A DNA stretch of 64,000 nt, from NCBI RefSeq assembly GCF_018977255.1, contig NW_024704743.1:36024001-36088000 (forward strand). Reading direction: 5' to 3'. This DNA comes from Callorhinchus milii (taxonomy: Eukaryota). Under the pieces are notes generated by a model. That model saw only the letters and a program-made list of their open reading frames with translations, was not told the DNA's origin and did not search any database. Within the stretch, counting starts at the first letter, position 1. Each line of letters opens with the position of its first letter. Positions 1 through 13,050 of the stretch are shown here, piece by piece. Both the position numbers and the translations under genes were made by a program.

Positions 1-180
1 AGTCAGCAGGTCAGAGAGGTAGGAGGGGGCAAGGCCATGGATGGCCTTGAAGGTGAGGACGAGGATCTTGAACTCGATCGTCTGGGGGATGGGGAGCCAG
101 TGGAGTCGGGCGAGGGTGGGAGTGATGGGGTCACAGAGCCTGGTGTGTGAGAGTACATGAGGTGCAGAGTTTGGTCTTTG
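1..180 (-). mobile_element. L2 LINE ORF2 C-terminal fragment
   Basis: Near-identical to part of the L2 copy at 47545-48075 (ITPTL..LHWLP..RIEFK region). Confidence 0.85.
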
Positions 181-264
181 TGCTTGGACTTGGATGTTGA
201 AAAATTTTCACAACAAAAAACATACAAATCAATATGCTTTGACCTTGTGTGCAGTCCGACACAG

Positions 265-560
265 CAACAACAACAACAACTTGGATTTATATAGCGCCCT
301 CCACGCCGGACGGCATCTCAGAGCGCTTCACAGTAACAGATCCCGGGACCGAGCCAGGGGGAGGGGGAGGAAGGTGACCAAAGGCACGGTCGAAAAGAAA
401 GGTCTTCAGCAGAGATCTGAAAATGGGAACGGAGGGCTGCGAGGCGAAGGGAGTGAGGAAGGCAGTTCCAGAGCCTCAGGGCATAGTGGCTGAAGGCACG
501 GCCACCGAGGGTGGAACGGAGGACTTGGGGGACGAGGAGGAAGCCAGACCCGGAGGAATG
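265..560 (-). mobile_element. L2 LINE 3' end with (TTG)n tail
   Basis: (CAA)n followed by the reverse complement of GCGCTATATAAAT; minus ORF contains STLGGRAFSHYALRLWNCLP, typical of the L2 C-terminus. Confidence 0.85.
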
Positions 561-944
561 AAGGCAGAAAAATAGCTGCAATTTTAGCAGAGAAACCTGT
601 GTGGGATTTAATTGTCAGTTACATTGCCAAATTTTGACTTATTTTCTCCACTTTTGTGCTGCCTAAATGCCATTCCTGAAAGATATTGCTTTCTTTTGCA
701 AAATCCATATTATTGGCATCATGTAGTCCAATAACCTGTCAGTGATTCTATCCTGTAAAACCAAAATTGCTGAGTAGAGAATTGAGCGTGATGCCACTAT
801 CACATTTCACAGCTTATCTACTTGGAAAGAAGCTAAATCAAAATGTGAAATCTACACTTACTGAAGTCTAATTTGCAGTATTTTGTGATAATGTAAGTAT
901 TTTGTGTAATTATCAAATCTCTAAAATTGGAATACATTAGAATA

Positions 945-1320
945 CATTATAATATACAGCACAGAAACAGGCCATTCGGCCCAACTGGTCTATGCCAGTG
1001 TTTATGCTCCACTTGAGCCTCTTCCTGCCTTTCCTCAACTAAGTCTTCAAGCATAACCTTCCATTTCTTTCTCCCTTGGATACATCTTAAATACATCTAT
1101 ACCCTTAAATACATCTATACTATTTGTCTCTACAACTCCTTGTGGCAGCACGTTCCACATTCCCACTACTCTCTGTGTGAAGAAATTTCTTCTAACTTCC
1201 CTATTTGATCTATTTGTGACTATTTTATATTGATGACCCCTGGTTTTGGTCTCCACCACAAGTAGAAACATCTTCCCTGTGTCTACCCTATCAAAAGCGT
1301 CCACCATTTTAAAGACCTGT
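945..1320 (-). mobile_element. CR1 LINE 3' fragment
   Basis: ORF 1047-1307 has KTRGHQYK..RRNFFTQRVVGMWNVLPQGVVE, the CR1 ORF2 C-terminal signature, plus a CR1-type 3' UTR. Confidence 0.9.
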
Positions 1321-3939
1321 CATGAAAATTATTTTCTTTGGCAAATGGAACCTTTTTTGAAATTTGGTAATCCACAATAGAAATAAACAAATGACACCCC
1401 CTTATCTACATAACCTACATGTCTATTTACTGCTTTGCCCTCAGCTGCAATTGAAGCATGCCACATATAAATTCTCTTATCTACAATTTGTTCCTGTATT
1501 TATCGTAAACCAATGTAATTTAGACAATTATTGAAAGCTTTGTGGGAATTTTCCAAATATATTTTAGGGCCTCCAACAAAGTGTTTCTAATACAAACTGT
1601 ACAACTTGGGGATTTGGGGAGTTCGACGGCTACAATTCGGAACAGGATAATTCCCCATTAATTATTACTACTACTAATAATAAGAATCATTACATTTGAT
1701 TTAGTGGCTTTCATGTCAGGAGGTCTTTCAAAGAGCTTCATAGGATGTTTCGTCCTTCAAATGAGACATCAAACTGAGATCTCATCCTGAAGTTCAGGCG
1801 GAGGTTAAAAATCCATGGCACTATTTGAAAACAGAAACAAATTCCTCCAAAGTGTCCTGGCCATTCATCTCACTGTGGTTCATGGGACCAATTTGTGTGG
1901 AACCCCCACCTCCCTGCATTTGCCTACCATTGAGTCACCACATTTGACATAGTTTACTGTGGACCACTTCGAAATACTTCTTTGTGACAAAGTATTATTA
2001 AAACCCAAGTTCTATTCAAATATCTCAATTGTATCACTTTTGATCTATTGTTCACTTAAATACTATCTTTTGAATCTCTATCATGAATAGCAAAACAGGT
2101 TGCATAATTGACAGATATCATGAGGCTTGTAATATACTGTGGTGGCTTCTAGGACTGTGCATGGAGTTTGAATACCAGGGATGAGTGGATCCAGCTATCA
2201 CCAAGCTGTCAGCCTGGGTGACAACAGTTGATAGCACTCCCACCTCTGAGTCAGAGGTAGTGGGTTCAAGCCTTGTGTCAGGATTTTCAGCTAAACTAGG
2301 TGAGAGAGAAGGGAACAGCAAGCTGCAGATGGGATTACGATGGGTCCTGTTTCTGTGTTGTAACGTTCTATGTAAGTGCGGAATCACTGTCTTATTCTCA
2401 TTTATAACCTGCTTGCTTTTGTGCGACCACAAAGCCATGGCAACAAATGTGTTTGACAGTAAATTTTAGAAAAAGCAAATAATCTTTGCACCATTGAATC
2501 AACCTTGAGTTTCAAAACAAATCAATGTTTGCGGTAGTCTAAACCTGACCCCGTTTCTTTCAATTGAGTGATATCTAATGGTTTGTACACCAGCCTTGGT
2601 AATTGATATGCAAATAGACAGGCATTTTAGTCGTGGGTCTGATCAGCTTCCCATTAAGAGGAGTGAGTGAATGAGAGTAAAGGCAATTACTGTACCTGGT
2701 AAAAGCTTTGCAATAGATACTGAAAGAACCATGTAACATACGGGGGTAACATAAACTTTGTGACTAGGTTTCAGATAGCTATGACAAAAGTGTAAAACAG
2801 GTAGATCCTGGAGTAGCTTTTTTAAAAATTCCAAGAATTATTGTGTTTGCGAAGTACTCCTGGATATGTATCATGTGCCTGTAAATGAGCCGTCACACAT
2901 GACTGCACAGTGAGATTCAAACTACTCAACATACTTGAATGCTGGTCTCATTGAGAGCCTGCAAGAAAGGATAGACACAGTAAAAAGCTGACCTCTTGAA
3001 CTCAATTTACAGAGAGGATATTAATTCAGGCTGACTAAGGATTAGCAGCATATTTGTAAGACAGCATAATGTGTGGATTTAGGACGTTTCAAGCTGAATA
3101 TGTTGGGGAAAGGTTGCAAATTTTGTATTGTACAAGATTCTTTTCTGCCCTCCTATGTTATCACTGCTCTCCTGGAGGCCTTTCTAAATGCTGCTCTCCA
3201 CTAATTCATCCCAGTCACTATTTTTAATGTGTGGGTTTAGCAAAGGAACATTAATCAGTGGAAACACTTTCTTCCTATTTTCCTTATTTGAAACAAAGAG
3301 CTGAAAGTCAGGCTGTGATTAGTTAAGCCAGTCGCATAAAGTTACTGGCCCCATTTACAAGGTTGTCCCTTTCCCTCCCATAGTTCACAAGATTTTGGCT
3401 TCACTTTTAATAGCATGGTACCAAACAGACTCTAATATTAATAATAGTCCTTGCATTTGATATAGTTCCTTATCACATATTTGAGATGTCTCAAAGTGCT
3501 TCACAGGATTTACTGTAAAAATCATTGACTGTGTATTTTGTGGGCGAAACTAAAGAGATCTAACACAGCAGATGACTGTTTAAAATGGCAATTATTTTCA
3601 CTATTAAACCATGAATGTGTTTATTTTGCTAACAACTTGCCTATTGCCTATTAATTTGGTTTGAAGAATGTTTGTAAATTAATTTCAAAGTGCATCTTAA
3701 CACGTGTGGAATGGGTTGTTTAAAACTATAGAAATGTACAACACAGTATGAGGCCACCTGGCCCATTATTTTGTGTCAGTGTTTGTTCCTCCAAGAAGAC
3801 ATTCATGCTAATCCAATTCTCTGCTTTTTTCTCCATACCCTCTAATACCCCCCTTCCTCAGGAGGTGATTGTCAAATTCTTTTTAACCCCGAAGTAACAC
3901 AAGAAAAGTACAGTTACATTTAATGTTTGTACTTCATGT

Positions 3940-4275
3940 TCCCCAATTCTGCCTGCCCCACCACTAGCGGTCAGGCTTCCAGCATATCTGCATCCATTCT
4001 TTAACTTGCCCCTTCCCTTGCTTTGTTGAAGGTCCACTTTAAGACCTTCATCTTTGAGCATGCCTTCGGCCATCTTTCCTTCTTCACACTCTGGTCCTCC
4101 ACACCTTTGGTTTCCACCCCCAGCTTGGGTGAAAGCTGTAGACTGTCCAATGCCTCGGGACATCTTTCTGACGTGATAGGTGCTATCATTCTGTAAATTT
4201 GTATTGTTGTATTGCAAAGTGCTTTGAGATGTCCTCCCAATATGAAGGGCTTTATATAAATATAAATTGTGTTGC
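3940..4275 (+). mobile_element. Degenerate L2 3' end
   Basis: GCGGTCAGGC motif and GAAGGGCTTTATATAAAT..TTGTGTTG tail. Confidence 0.65.
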
Positions 4276-5559
4276 ATTATAATTGTATTATTGCATTAAG
4301 TACCTGATATGCAACCCCATGTAAAGAGCGCTGTATAAATGCTAGTTGGTTTTGTTATATTGCATAAGTTATAACTTGTTACTCATCACCCTGATAATCT
4401 GTTTTGGAAACTCTCGTGAAGTGGATCCCATATCTTTACAAACAAAGCAAGATATAATTGTAAAGCAAAATTAATTTATACACTATGATGCTCCCAGTGA
4501 CTGTCCAGTTATATCCAATCGTTGCCTATATACCAGGGCGACTAATTTCTCTGAAAAAGCTGTGGGAAATTGTGACAAATTGGGGAAGAGATCATTTCCC
4601 ATTTTTGTGGCAAAGCATAGATAATCCTCACTGTTCTGGTAGAAAACTGCTTATGTACGAACTGTATTTATCAGCAAAAACTTATAACAATACTTATTGT
4701 TATACTTGTATTGTTATAATACAGAACAATTGTTATAATACTGTACAATACAGTATTTGATCGAATGTCTTATCACATCATTGAGGCATCGCAAAGTACT
4801 TCACAGGATACACTGCAAAGTGATGTGACTGTGAGTATTTTATGGGTGAAGTTGAATTTATAAATAGCCCTTCACATAGAATAACATCTCAGAATGCTTC
4901 ACCAACCACTCAGAAATTGTTGTATAAGGATTGCCATATATTGTTCTGCGTTCAAATTCAGCCAGTGCTCCAAAACAGATGGGTGTGTGTAGAGCACAAA
5001 CTCCTGAAGTACCACGCATGTAAAATGAAACCATAAAAAGTAGTAACCTCACCTGAATACTTAAAGAGATGTGTACAGCAATAGTCTAACATATTTACCC
5101 TCTACTTCACAATAAAATATTGATTTGCCTTGACAAATGCCATCTTGAGTTTCTTGAAACAGTGGACAACCTTGAAAAACAAAATTTCAAGATCACGCTG
5201 CTTAAAGCATTTGCAGTTTGTACAAAGGGAACCTCACAGTGCCAATTACTGGATCACACAGGGTGCATACGACCAGTCTCAATCACCATGAAACCACAAG
5301 CCAGAATGCTCAGAAAATACAACAGTAGCGAACTGTGCTTCTGTATGAAAGGTAGATTTTCAGTGTGAAAAGTAACCAAAAGAAATCCTACTGAGTAGTA
5401 CTTTCTGCCGAATTTCACAGAAGGAGGTTTTTCCAGGCATTGCTGGAATGGGTGGACCCAGCATAGTCCATGATTTGTTAGTGGTGATTCTTATATCCTG
5501 GCCTCGGACCATATCAACATCTTCCTCATGTCACCCAGGGGTCTCTGAGGAATGTTGGT

Positions 5560-5960
5560 GAGACAAGTAGATATTCATGTAAAAGAGCCAGTGGTAGATC
5601 TAATAGGGAGGTTAGGAGGAACATCTTCATGCAGAAGGTAGTCAGAACATGGAACTCACTACTGGAAGCTGTGGTTGAATCAAAAAGCATCAATATATTT
5701 AAGAGAAAACCTGCTGCACACATGAGGGAGAAAGGAATAGAGGGGAAAGATGAGGAGAACAGAGGGGTGGGGGCTCATATGGAGTATAAATACTGGCATG
5801 GACTAGTCGGGTCGAATGCCTAATTCCATAATCCATGTAGAACCATAGAGCCATAGCAATGTATAGCACAGAAAAAGGCCATTTGGCCCATCATATCTGT
5901 GCTGCCTCCCTCAAGAGCAACCCTTTCAGTCCCATTTACTTTCCCTTTTCCCATACCCTG
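5560..5960. mobile_element. CR1 3' fragment (+, ~5560-5835) abutting a CR1 3' tail (-, ~5840-5960)
   Basis: ORF 5629-5823 QKVVRTWNSLLEAVVE; GGCCATTTGGCCCATC tail on the minus strand. Confidence 0.75.
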
Positions 5961-7664
5961 TAGCTGATTCTATAACTTAATTAACTCTATGTAAATGATC
6001 TTTAAACCAATAAGATAAAATGCAGACTATCACAGTCGGTTCAAACACCTAAGGATAGCTATACTTGTGTAAAAAGCCCACTGGCCCAACCTCTTAAAGT
6101 CATTCTTGTTCAACCCTGGGCCTTAATTTGGGCCTAATCAAGCCTGATTAAAAAGCAGACATGGCTTTTATTTTTCCTCATAATCCTTAGGGTGTTATCT
6201 TAATGTTTCTTTTACTATTTCCCTATTCCCAATTTGGTAAATTAAGTGCAATCTACAGGAGTGGTGCATTGGCCTCAGAGGAACAATGAAAGCTTTGTGT
6301 TCTCCTCCGCCCACTAAATCATCCACAAACAGCAATCTGTCTCTCGGTGAGAGCAGAGCTGGAGTACATGGACTTAAAATTAAGAAGCCTCAAGTAAGAC
6401 TAGAGATAAAACTTTTACCCCCTTGAGTAATGATTGTGTCAAACAGACTCCCAATAAAACCAGTTGATCTTGCTTTGTTGACTTGCTCAAAAATAACTGG
6501 ATAAGTATGTACACAGAAACTAACTGGAGGATCTAAGGGTAGCTGCAGACTGACACAAACATAAAAATAATCCTTGCATTTCATATACAGTAGAGCAAAG
6601 TGCTTCACGCACAATTGCTGTCAAATGTAGTGAGTATGTATTTGGGACATCAGTTTAACATCTCATCCAAAAGGTGGCATCTCTGTCAATGCATTACTTC
6701 TTCATAAGAAGCATGGAATAAAGAAAATATCTTTCGGCACAACTACTCTTTCATTGTCAGTGCAATATACACAGCAACAAAATTCACTTTATACATGATG
6801 GGAGAGATATGAATTGTAAAACTGCGTATAAAATGGCCGTTAAAATTTATTCTGGGAAGCAATTTCCTCTTCCCCAATCCGGCGTCCCTCCAAAACATAA
6901 GCTTGCTAACATGACTGTACAACATAAACTTTTTGAGAGCTGCAAAGCTCTTATGGAAAGATTCATCAGTTCAAGCATTCGGAGGCTTAAGGAAATTATC
7001 AATTGTCAGTGCAGGTGATAACACCAAATGAAATTTCTACAGTTATAAAGCCTGTAATTACAGAATCTGCTCTATATAATAAAAACTAATGAAAATTTGT
7101 GAATGCAGCTATCAGTCATCAAAATGTCAGCCAATGGAGATCTACTATAGACCAAATGCTAATAGTGACTATCTTTTGTCACGTGTTTCTAATAACACTT
7201 AACTTGTGTTATAGATTACATCCCGGCAACAGGGATGGAGGGTAGAGCTTAATATTGTTCGTCATCTTTAGCATTGTTCATGTTTAGCCTGCTCCCTCTG
7301 CACATGGAGTATTGTCACTATAGCTGCTTGGTGGAGATTAGCTCTCACTAAATCTTGAAAGCGACACAATAAATAAATGACAATAGTTTTATTATGAATA
7401 TGTGTGTGCTGCGAATTCTGTGATATAGCTCCAATTCATTCATCTGACGGCCAGTGTGTTTACACTTTATGCTTGTCTGTGAATTAATGATGCACACATA
7501 ATTGAAAAAAACAATAAGAGAAGAAAATCACCAGCACTGGAGCGGTATGTTATAATGTGTATTTTTGACAGGCTAACAAGCCCCACAATGCCAAATGTAC
7601 ACTTGAGATAAGGGAGGGGATAACACATGGGATTTGATAATTATATACCATATATGCAATGTAT

Positions 7665-7985
7665 CAGCTCAGTCTGGCTCAGTTGGTAGCATTCTCGAAT
7701 ACTTCTGAATCAGAAGGTAGACAGTTCAAATCCAACATGGGGACTTTGAGCTCATCTAGGCTGACACTCCATTGCAGTGGGGAAACGTGAGAAGTGCCAT
7801 CCTTTGGATGAGACAATAAAATGATGTACCATCTGCCTGTTCAAGTGGATGTTAAAGATCTGAAGGAACTGTCTGAAAAACAGAAAGGAGTTTCTCCTGG
7901 TGTCTTGGCAGTTTGCAGGACATTGCACTGTACAATTTGGCTGCTGTGTTTGCCTTCAAATACAGTCATTGCATTTTATAGAAAA
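7665..7985 (+). mobile_element. Old DeuSINE copy (SacSINE1/AmnSINE1-like core)
   Basis: tRNA-like head GGCTCAGTTGGTAGCA..GTTCAA and Deu-domain-like GTGCCATCCTTTGGATGAGAC..TTAAAGATC. Confidence 0.75.
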
Positions 7986-10139
7986 CTCTTTTCCTTTTGT
8001 GTTTTTAAGTCATTTGAAGGTGATAAAGCTGACTCGCAAATAAAAGGAATCTTTATTTATTTAGTTACCCCCCCAAGATTTAAAGCCTACATTATTTGGT
8101 CATGAGACTTAAACTGTACCCGGGTACTTTTTTAATGATATGAATGACCTCCTACATTAATGACTCACAGTATCTCTGGAGCCAATCCTTATTTTGGTTC
8201 CATTGTTAGAAACGACAACAACAACAACTTACATTTATATAGCGCGCTTAATGGGAGACAGTATCTCAGAGTGCTTAACACTGGCAGAGTTTGACGCAAA
8301 GCTGTGAAGAAAGCACGTTTGAACAAGAAAGTTTTCAGGTGCGACCTTGCCAATGCATTTCTCTTCAATCTCACCAGCTCCACTATTAACAAGGAACAAA
8401 TGATTCAAAACTCAGCTGCCCATGTCCTCACCCATACAAGGCTACATCCCCTTCCACCCCATTACCCCAGTTCTTGCCAGGCTCTACTGGCTCCCTGTTG
8501 CAGAACAGATCGATTTCAAGGTAGAGGGAGCAAGGCAGGGAATTCCAGAGGGTCCTCATGGCTGAAACTACTGCTGCTGTTACAATTGGGTAAACCTGCC
8601 AGGAGTTACATGGAGAATCGACAATATGTTAATGACACGAAAGGTGATCAAATGGCAGTTTTCACAGCAATAATTGCATGGAGGTAAATTCAATTATTTT
8701 TGTTCTTTTGTTATGTGTGGTCAGCTAGCTGATCAATAAACTAATCAGATACAGTAATTGCATCTGCTCCACAGTAATGGTATTTATTCCTCAACAACCC
8801 AAGCTAAGATTGAAAGGAAGTCTTACAATAAATAGTGAAACATGTTACTACTACTGATTGTGCTTCAGGATTCCTGATCTGTCACCACAGATGAACTGTG
8901 TAAACATTTCTGGCCATGGGTTAGATAATTCACTTCAACATATTTTAGTACATGTCAGAAATAAGACAACGATTTTACACTTTTATATCGTCTTATACGC
9001 CTCAAACGACTTTACGTAACTACTGTCAAGTGTTGTGATTATTTTATTTAGTTTGCCTACGAAATACACAGCCACTGCACTTTACATTATATCCTTTGAT
9101 GTGCTTTGAGATGTCCTCCCAAAATCACTAGGGCACTATATCAAATGCAATTATTATTTACTATTATTTTTTGGAAGCATATGTGCCAGCAAATTTGTGC
9201 ATGTCAATGTTCCCCAAACAGCCATGAAGTGAATGACCATTTTTTTAACCTGGGGGATAGTTGGCCAGGAAACTGGGAGAAACTCCCTTCTCTTTTCAAA
9301 TTGTTCATGGGACCTTCAATGCACATCTGACTCGGAGGCGAGTGTGTTATCAACTGAGGCAACTTCAGCACCTTAGGACATCCTCCTGACGTGAAAGGTG
9401 TTTTACAAATGTAATTTTGTTGTTGTTTTGAGACAGGTTAACACCTAATCGTGTTGACAAAAAGGGAAATGTGGGTGGGAGAAATGAGCTAGATAAGCAT
9501 GGCATAAATAATTCCAGTAAAGTGATATTGAAGCAATTTCAGGTAACCAGACTGAGACCATAACTTTAGATGAGCCGTTATGGTTGGAATATAAAGTACA
9601 GTAGCTTGATCTGGCAAATATTTAGCATTAGAATAACTCTTCTCTCCTCTGTAATTTTAAACCTCTTCGGACTTTCATGATGAACTAGTTGCCAGACACA
9701 ATACTTTCCATAGACTCTGGACAAAGATGCTTTTGGTGCTAACTGTGTGCAGCTCAGTGAGGTTTACTGTCATCCCTGGGTTGCTGGGCTACTTGAAGTA
9801 ATAATCTACTAACTGTCTGTATAGTCTATTCCACTGAGTTCATCTGCAGAGCAACGCCATTATCATATGCTTCACTAGGCCCACGTTTGCAGGTGCCCTG
9901 CAGACCCATAGTTCAGTCACATTTAGAGCTTCCAGTGCAGACCACCCAGCTTCCCATGGTAATAAATGGATTGTCAGGTTGTCACCTATATCACTTCCTG
10001 TGAGCTGCACATGGATACTTTACACAGGAAGCATCGCAAACATCACTTCACAAAGGAGGTGACATGATGCTGCTTGCACAGAATGTGCAAAGTGACACCT
10101 GAAACCGAAAAGCTGGGAATGTTTTCATGCTCTGTTTTC

Positions 10140-11980
10140 AAGCACTTGGGGTCACTACCCATGTGAGGGGTGCTATATAAATGCAAGTTGTTGCTGCTGT
10201 TGTTGTTGCCCCCGCCTCCATCTGTACCTCACAGCCAACACAGCTGAAACCCTTGTTCACGCCTTCGAAACATTCCGGCTGGATTATTCCAATGCCCTCA
10301 TTGCTGGTTTCCCCAACTCCACCATACCACAAAATTCAACTAATATAAAACTCTACTGCCTGGATACTCACCCACACAAAACTCCGTACCCCCAGCACAC
10401 CAGTCGTTGCCATGCTCCACTGGTTCACAATTACCGAATGGAATGACTTCAACATCCTCTCACTTGTCTTCAAATCACTTCATGCCCTCGCATCTCCCTA
10501 CCTTTCCAACCTCCTCAACACCCCTACTCCACCACCCGATGCCTCTGCTCGGCTGGCTCCGACCTCATGTTTGACCCTCATCCTCTCCCCTCTATCATTG
10601 GTGGCCATACCTTCAGTAGTCGCCTCTGAAATTTTGGAACAGACTCTCTCAATCCCTCTGCCTTGCCCCCACCTTCAAATCCCGCCTAAAGACCTTTTTT
10701 GATCGTGTTTACGGTGACCTCCCACTCCCTCTCCCCCTGGCTCCGGGTCAGATTTCACCACTGTCAAGCTCCGGGACGCTACTCAACGTGACGGGTGCTA
10801 TATAAATGCAAGTTGTTGTTATTGTTAATGGGGGGAGTGAGATTTTCGACCCAGAAAACCATGCTATTTACCATGGGTAATCACATCTAGGCTCGACTAT
10901 GCCAACTCCCTGCTTCTCACTCTTCCCAGCTCTTTCCCTCCACAAGCTGCAAGTAATCCAGAAATCTGCAGCTCGGGTCCTCTCCTGCACCAGGCTCCGT
11001 GACTCTATCACCCCCACCCTTGCTCAGCTCCACTGGCTCCCCATCCTCCAGGGGATAGAGTTCAAAATCCTCGTCCTCGCCTTCAAGGCCCTCCACGGCC
11101 TTGTTCCTTCCTAACTCTGTGACCTGCTAACCCTCTTATCAACCTGTCCGCTCTCTCCGCTGACCAGGCCTGTTCCACATTCCCCTGAACAGATCCGCCC
11201 CACCATCAGCGGTCAGGCCTTCAGCCTCTCTGTCTCCGCCCTTTTGAATTCCATCCCACAATCCCTTCGCCTTGCTCCGTCCCTTGCCTCCTTCAAGGCA
11301 CATCACAAGACCCTTCTCTTCAACTGTGCCTTCAGCCACACTTCTACCCTTACCCTCTCTGCCCTCCATTGCCCCCTGATCCCAACCCCAGCTTGGGTCT
11401 AAAGTGAAAGGCACTATACAAATGTAATTTGTTATTGTTGTTCGGTGGTGTTGTACCTACTTACCCTGTTTTACACAATGTACAGTAGCTTAGAGGATAT
11501 TAGCTGTGGTATTGATCCCCCAGAGGATCGAATTCAAGAACCTCATCCTCAACCTACAAGGCCATTTACAGCCTTGCTCCCTTCTACCTCTCTGACCTAC
11601 TATCCCCCTACTTACCTGCCTGTACCCTCCGTTCCTCTGGCTCCGGTCTGCTCCACATCCCCCGCCCCAACCGCCCTACCATCGGTGGCCGGGCCTTCAG
11701 CCTCTCAGCCCCGAGGCTCTGGAACTCTATCCCCCAGTGCCTTTGCCTTGCCTCCTCCCTTTCCTCCTTCAAGGCCAGTCTCAAAACCTTTCTCTTTGAC
11801 CGTGCCTTCAGCTCCCCTATCGACTCTCTACCCCCTCCTCGCTCCCTCCCTTCCCTCCCCTCACCCTGACCATTTCCCCCCTGCTCGGGTCCTGACCCAA
11901 CTGTACAGCGCCTTGGGATGTCCTCCGACGTGAAAGGCGCTCTATAAATGGAATCTTGTTGTTGTTGTTGTTGCTGTTGT
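10140..11980 (+). mobile_element. Three tandem 5'-truncated L2 copies (~10210-10825, ~10885-11442, ~11510-11980) plus a solo tail (~10140-10208)
   Basis: LQVIQKSAARVL..ITPTLAQLHWLPI..IEFKIL (ORF 10899-11114); each piece ends in a GC(G/A/T)CTATA.AAATG..(TTG)n-type tail. Confidence 0.9.
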
Positions 11981-12356
11981 ATTTACCCTGGATGGTTTTG
12001 TACCCATTTACTTAATAACACTCATAGCTGTTATTGCAAACCTACCTACAAAATAATTTACACTGCCCTTGTCAGGCTTTGACCAGAATCAGTTAGACTG
12101 TAATTTGTATTCAGTGCTATATATTGCTGTGGTAAGTCATGCTAAATAAATCCCAAAGTCACCATGCACAGAAGCCAATGTCAAATTTGTATGGACAGCT
12201 GTGTAAAATTACATTTCTGTGAGGTTTTTCCACTTTAGAGAGCAACAACAAAACTACCTTAATAATTGTACATGTTTCCAAGTCTGTTTCCACTTTTCAC
12301 AAACACCAATTTACATAATAGACAGAATTTTTATATTAATAACAATAATCCTTGTG

Positions 12357-12672
12357 ATGTCCTGTAGCTCAGTGGTTAGAGCACTCGCTTTGCAAGTGAG
12401 AGACCTGAGTTCAATTCCAGGCAGGGCGAAACCTTGGGCAAGTTTCCTTACTCCACACGCCTAATAATAATCCCTCCAAAACCAAAAACAATAATAAATT
12501 GGTCATTTTCAATCTACGACTGTTTGTGGGACATTGCTGTGCGCAATTGCTGCCGCGTTCGCCCACAAATATACAGTCAATTCACTTTAGAGTGTGTTCT
12601 GTGAAGCACTTTGGGACGTCCTCCCGACGTGAAAAGCACTATATCAAATCAAAGGTTTATTATTATTATTAT
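12357..12672 (+). mobile_element. tRNA-Ala-derived SINE, short (internally deleted) young subfamily
   Basis: A box TAGCTCAGTGG, B box GAGTTCAATTCC, anticodon-arm remnant CTCGC-TTTGCAA-GTGAG and (TTA)n tail; near-identical to 31724-32047. Confidence 0.9.
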
Positions 12673-12684
12673 TTGTGTACAGTC

Positions 12685-13045
12685 TTAATACTTCACATCA
12701 AATGTCTCAAAGCCCTTCACAGGATTTGCTGTGAAGTGTAATGATGTAGGTGAACACAGCAAACAATTTATGCTCAGCAATGTCTCACAAACAGCCATGA
12801 AGTGAATGACCAATTTTATCTGGAGTGCTGTTGGCCAGGACTCTGGGAGAAACTCTCTTCTCTTTTCAAGCAGTGCCATGGGATATTAATTTGTCCATCT
12901 GAACAGGCAGATGGAAACATCTCCTGTGATGCAGCGTACCCAACCCTGCATTGCAGCATCAAATAGACTATGAGTCCCCACTTGGAGCTTGAACCTGCAA
13001 TCTTCTGACTCAGACGTGTGAGTGCCAAAGACTGAGTTTAGTGAT
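12685..13045 (-). mobile_element. Old DeuSINE copy
   Basis: Reverse complement of the Deu core (GTGCCATGGGAT, TGGCCAGGAC) and of the head (TTCTGACTCAGA). Confidence 0.75.
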
Positions 13046-13050
13046 ACATT

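Noticed and set aside
4680..4760. Short AT-rich inverted repeats (TATAACAATA/TATTGTTATA)
   Set aside because: Low-complexity sequence in which such matches are expected by slippage or chance.
12357..12430. tRNA-Ala-like sequence (also at 29189, ~31975-32047, 54933, 57463, 61394)
   Set aside because: These are SINE heads: each continues into the SINE body and tail and lacks a proper tRNA acceptor stem and terminator.
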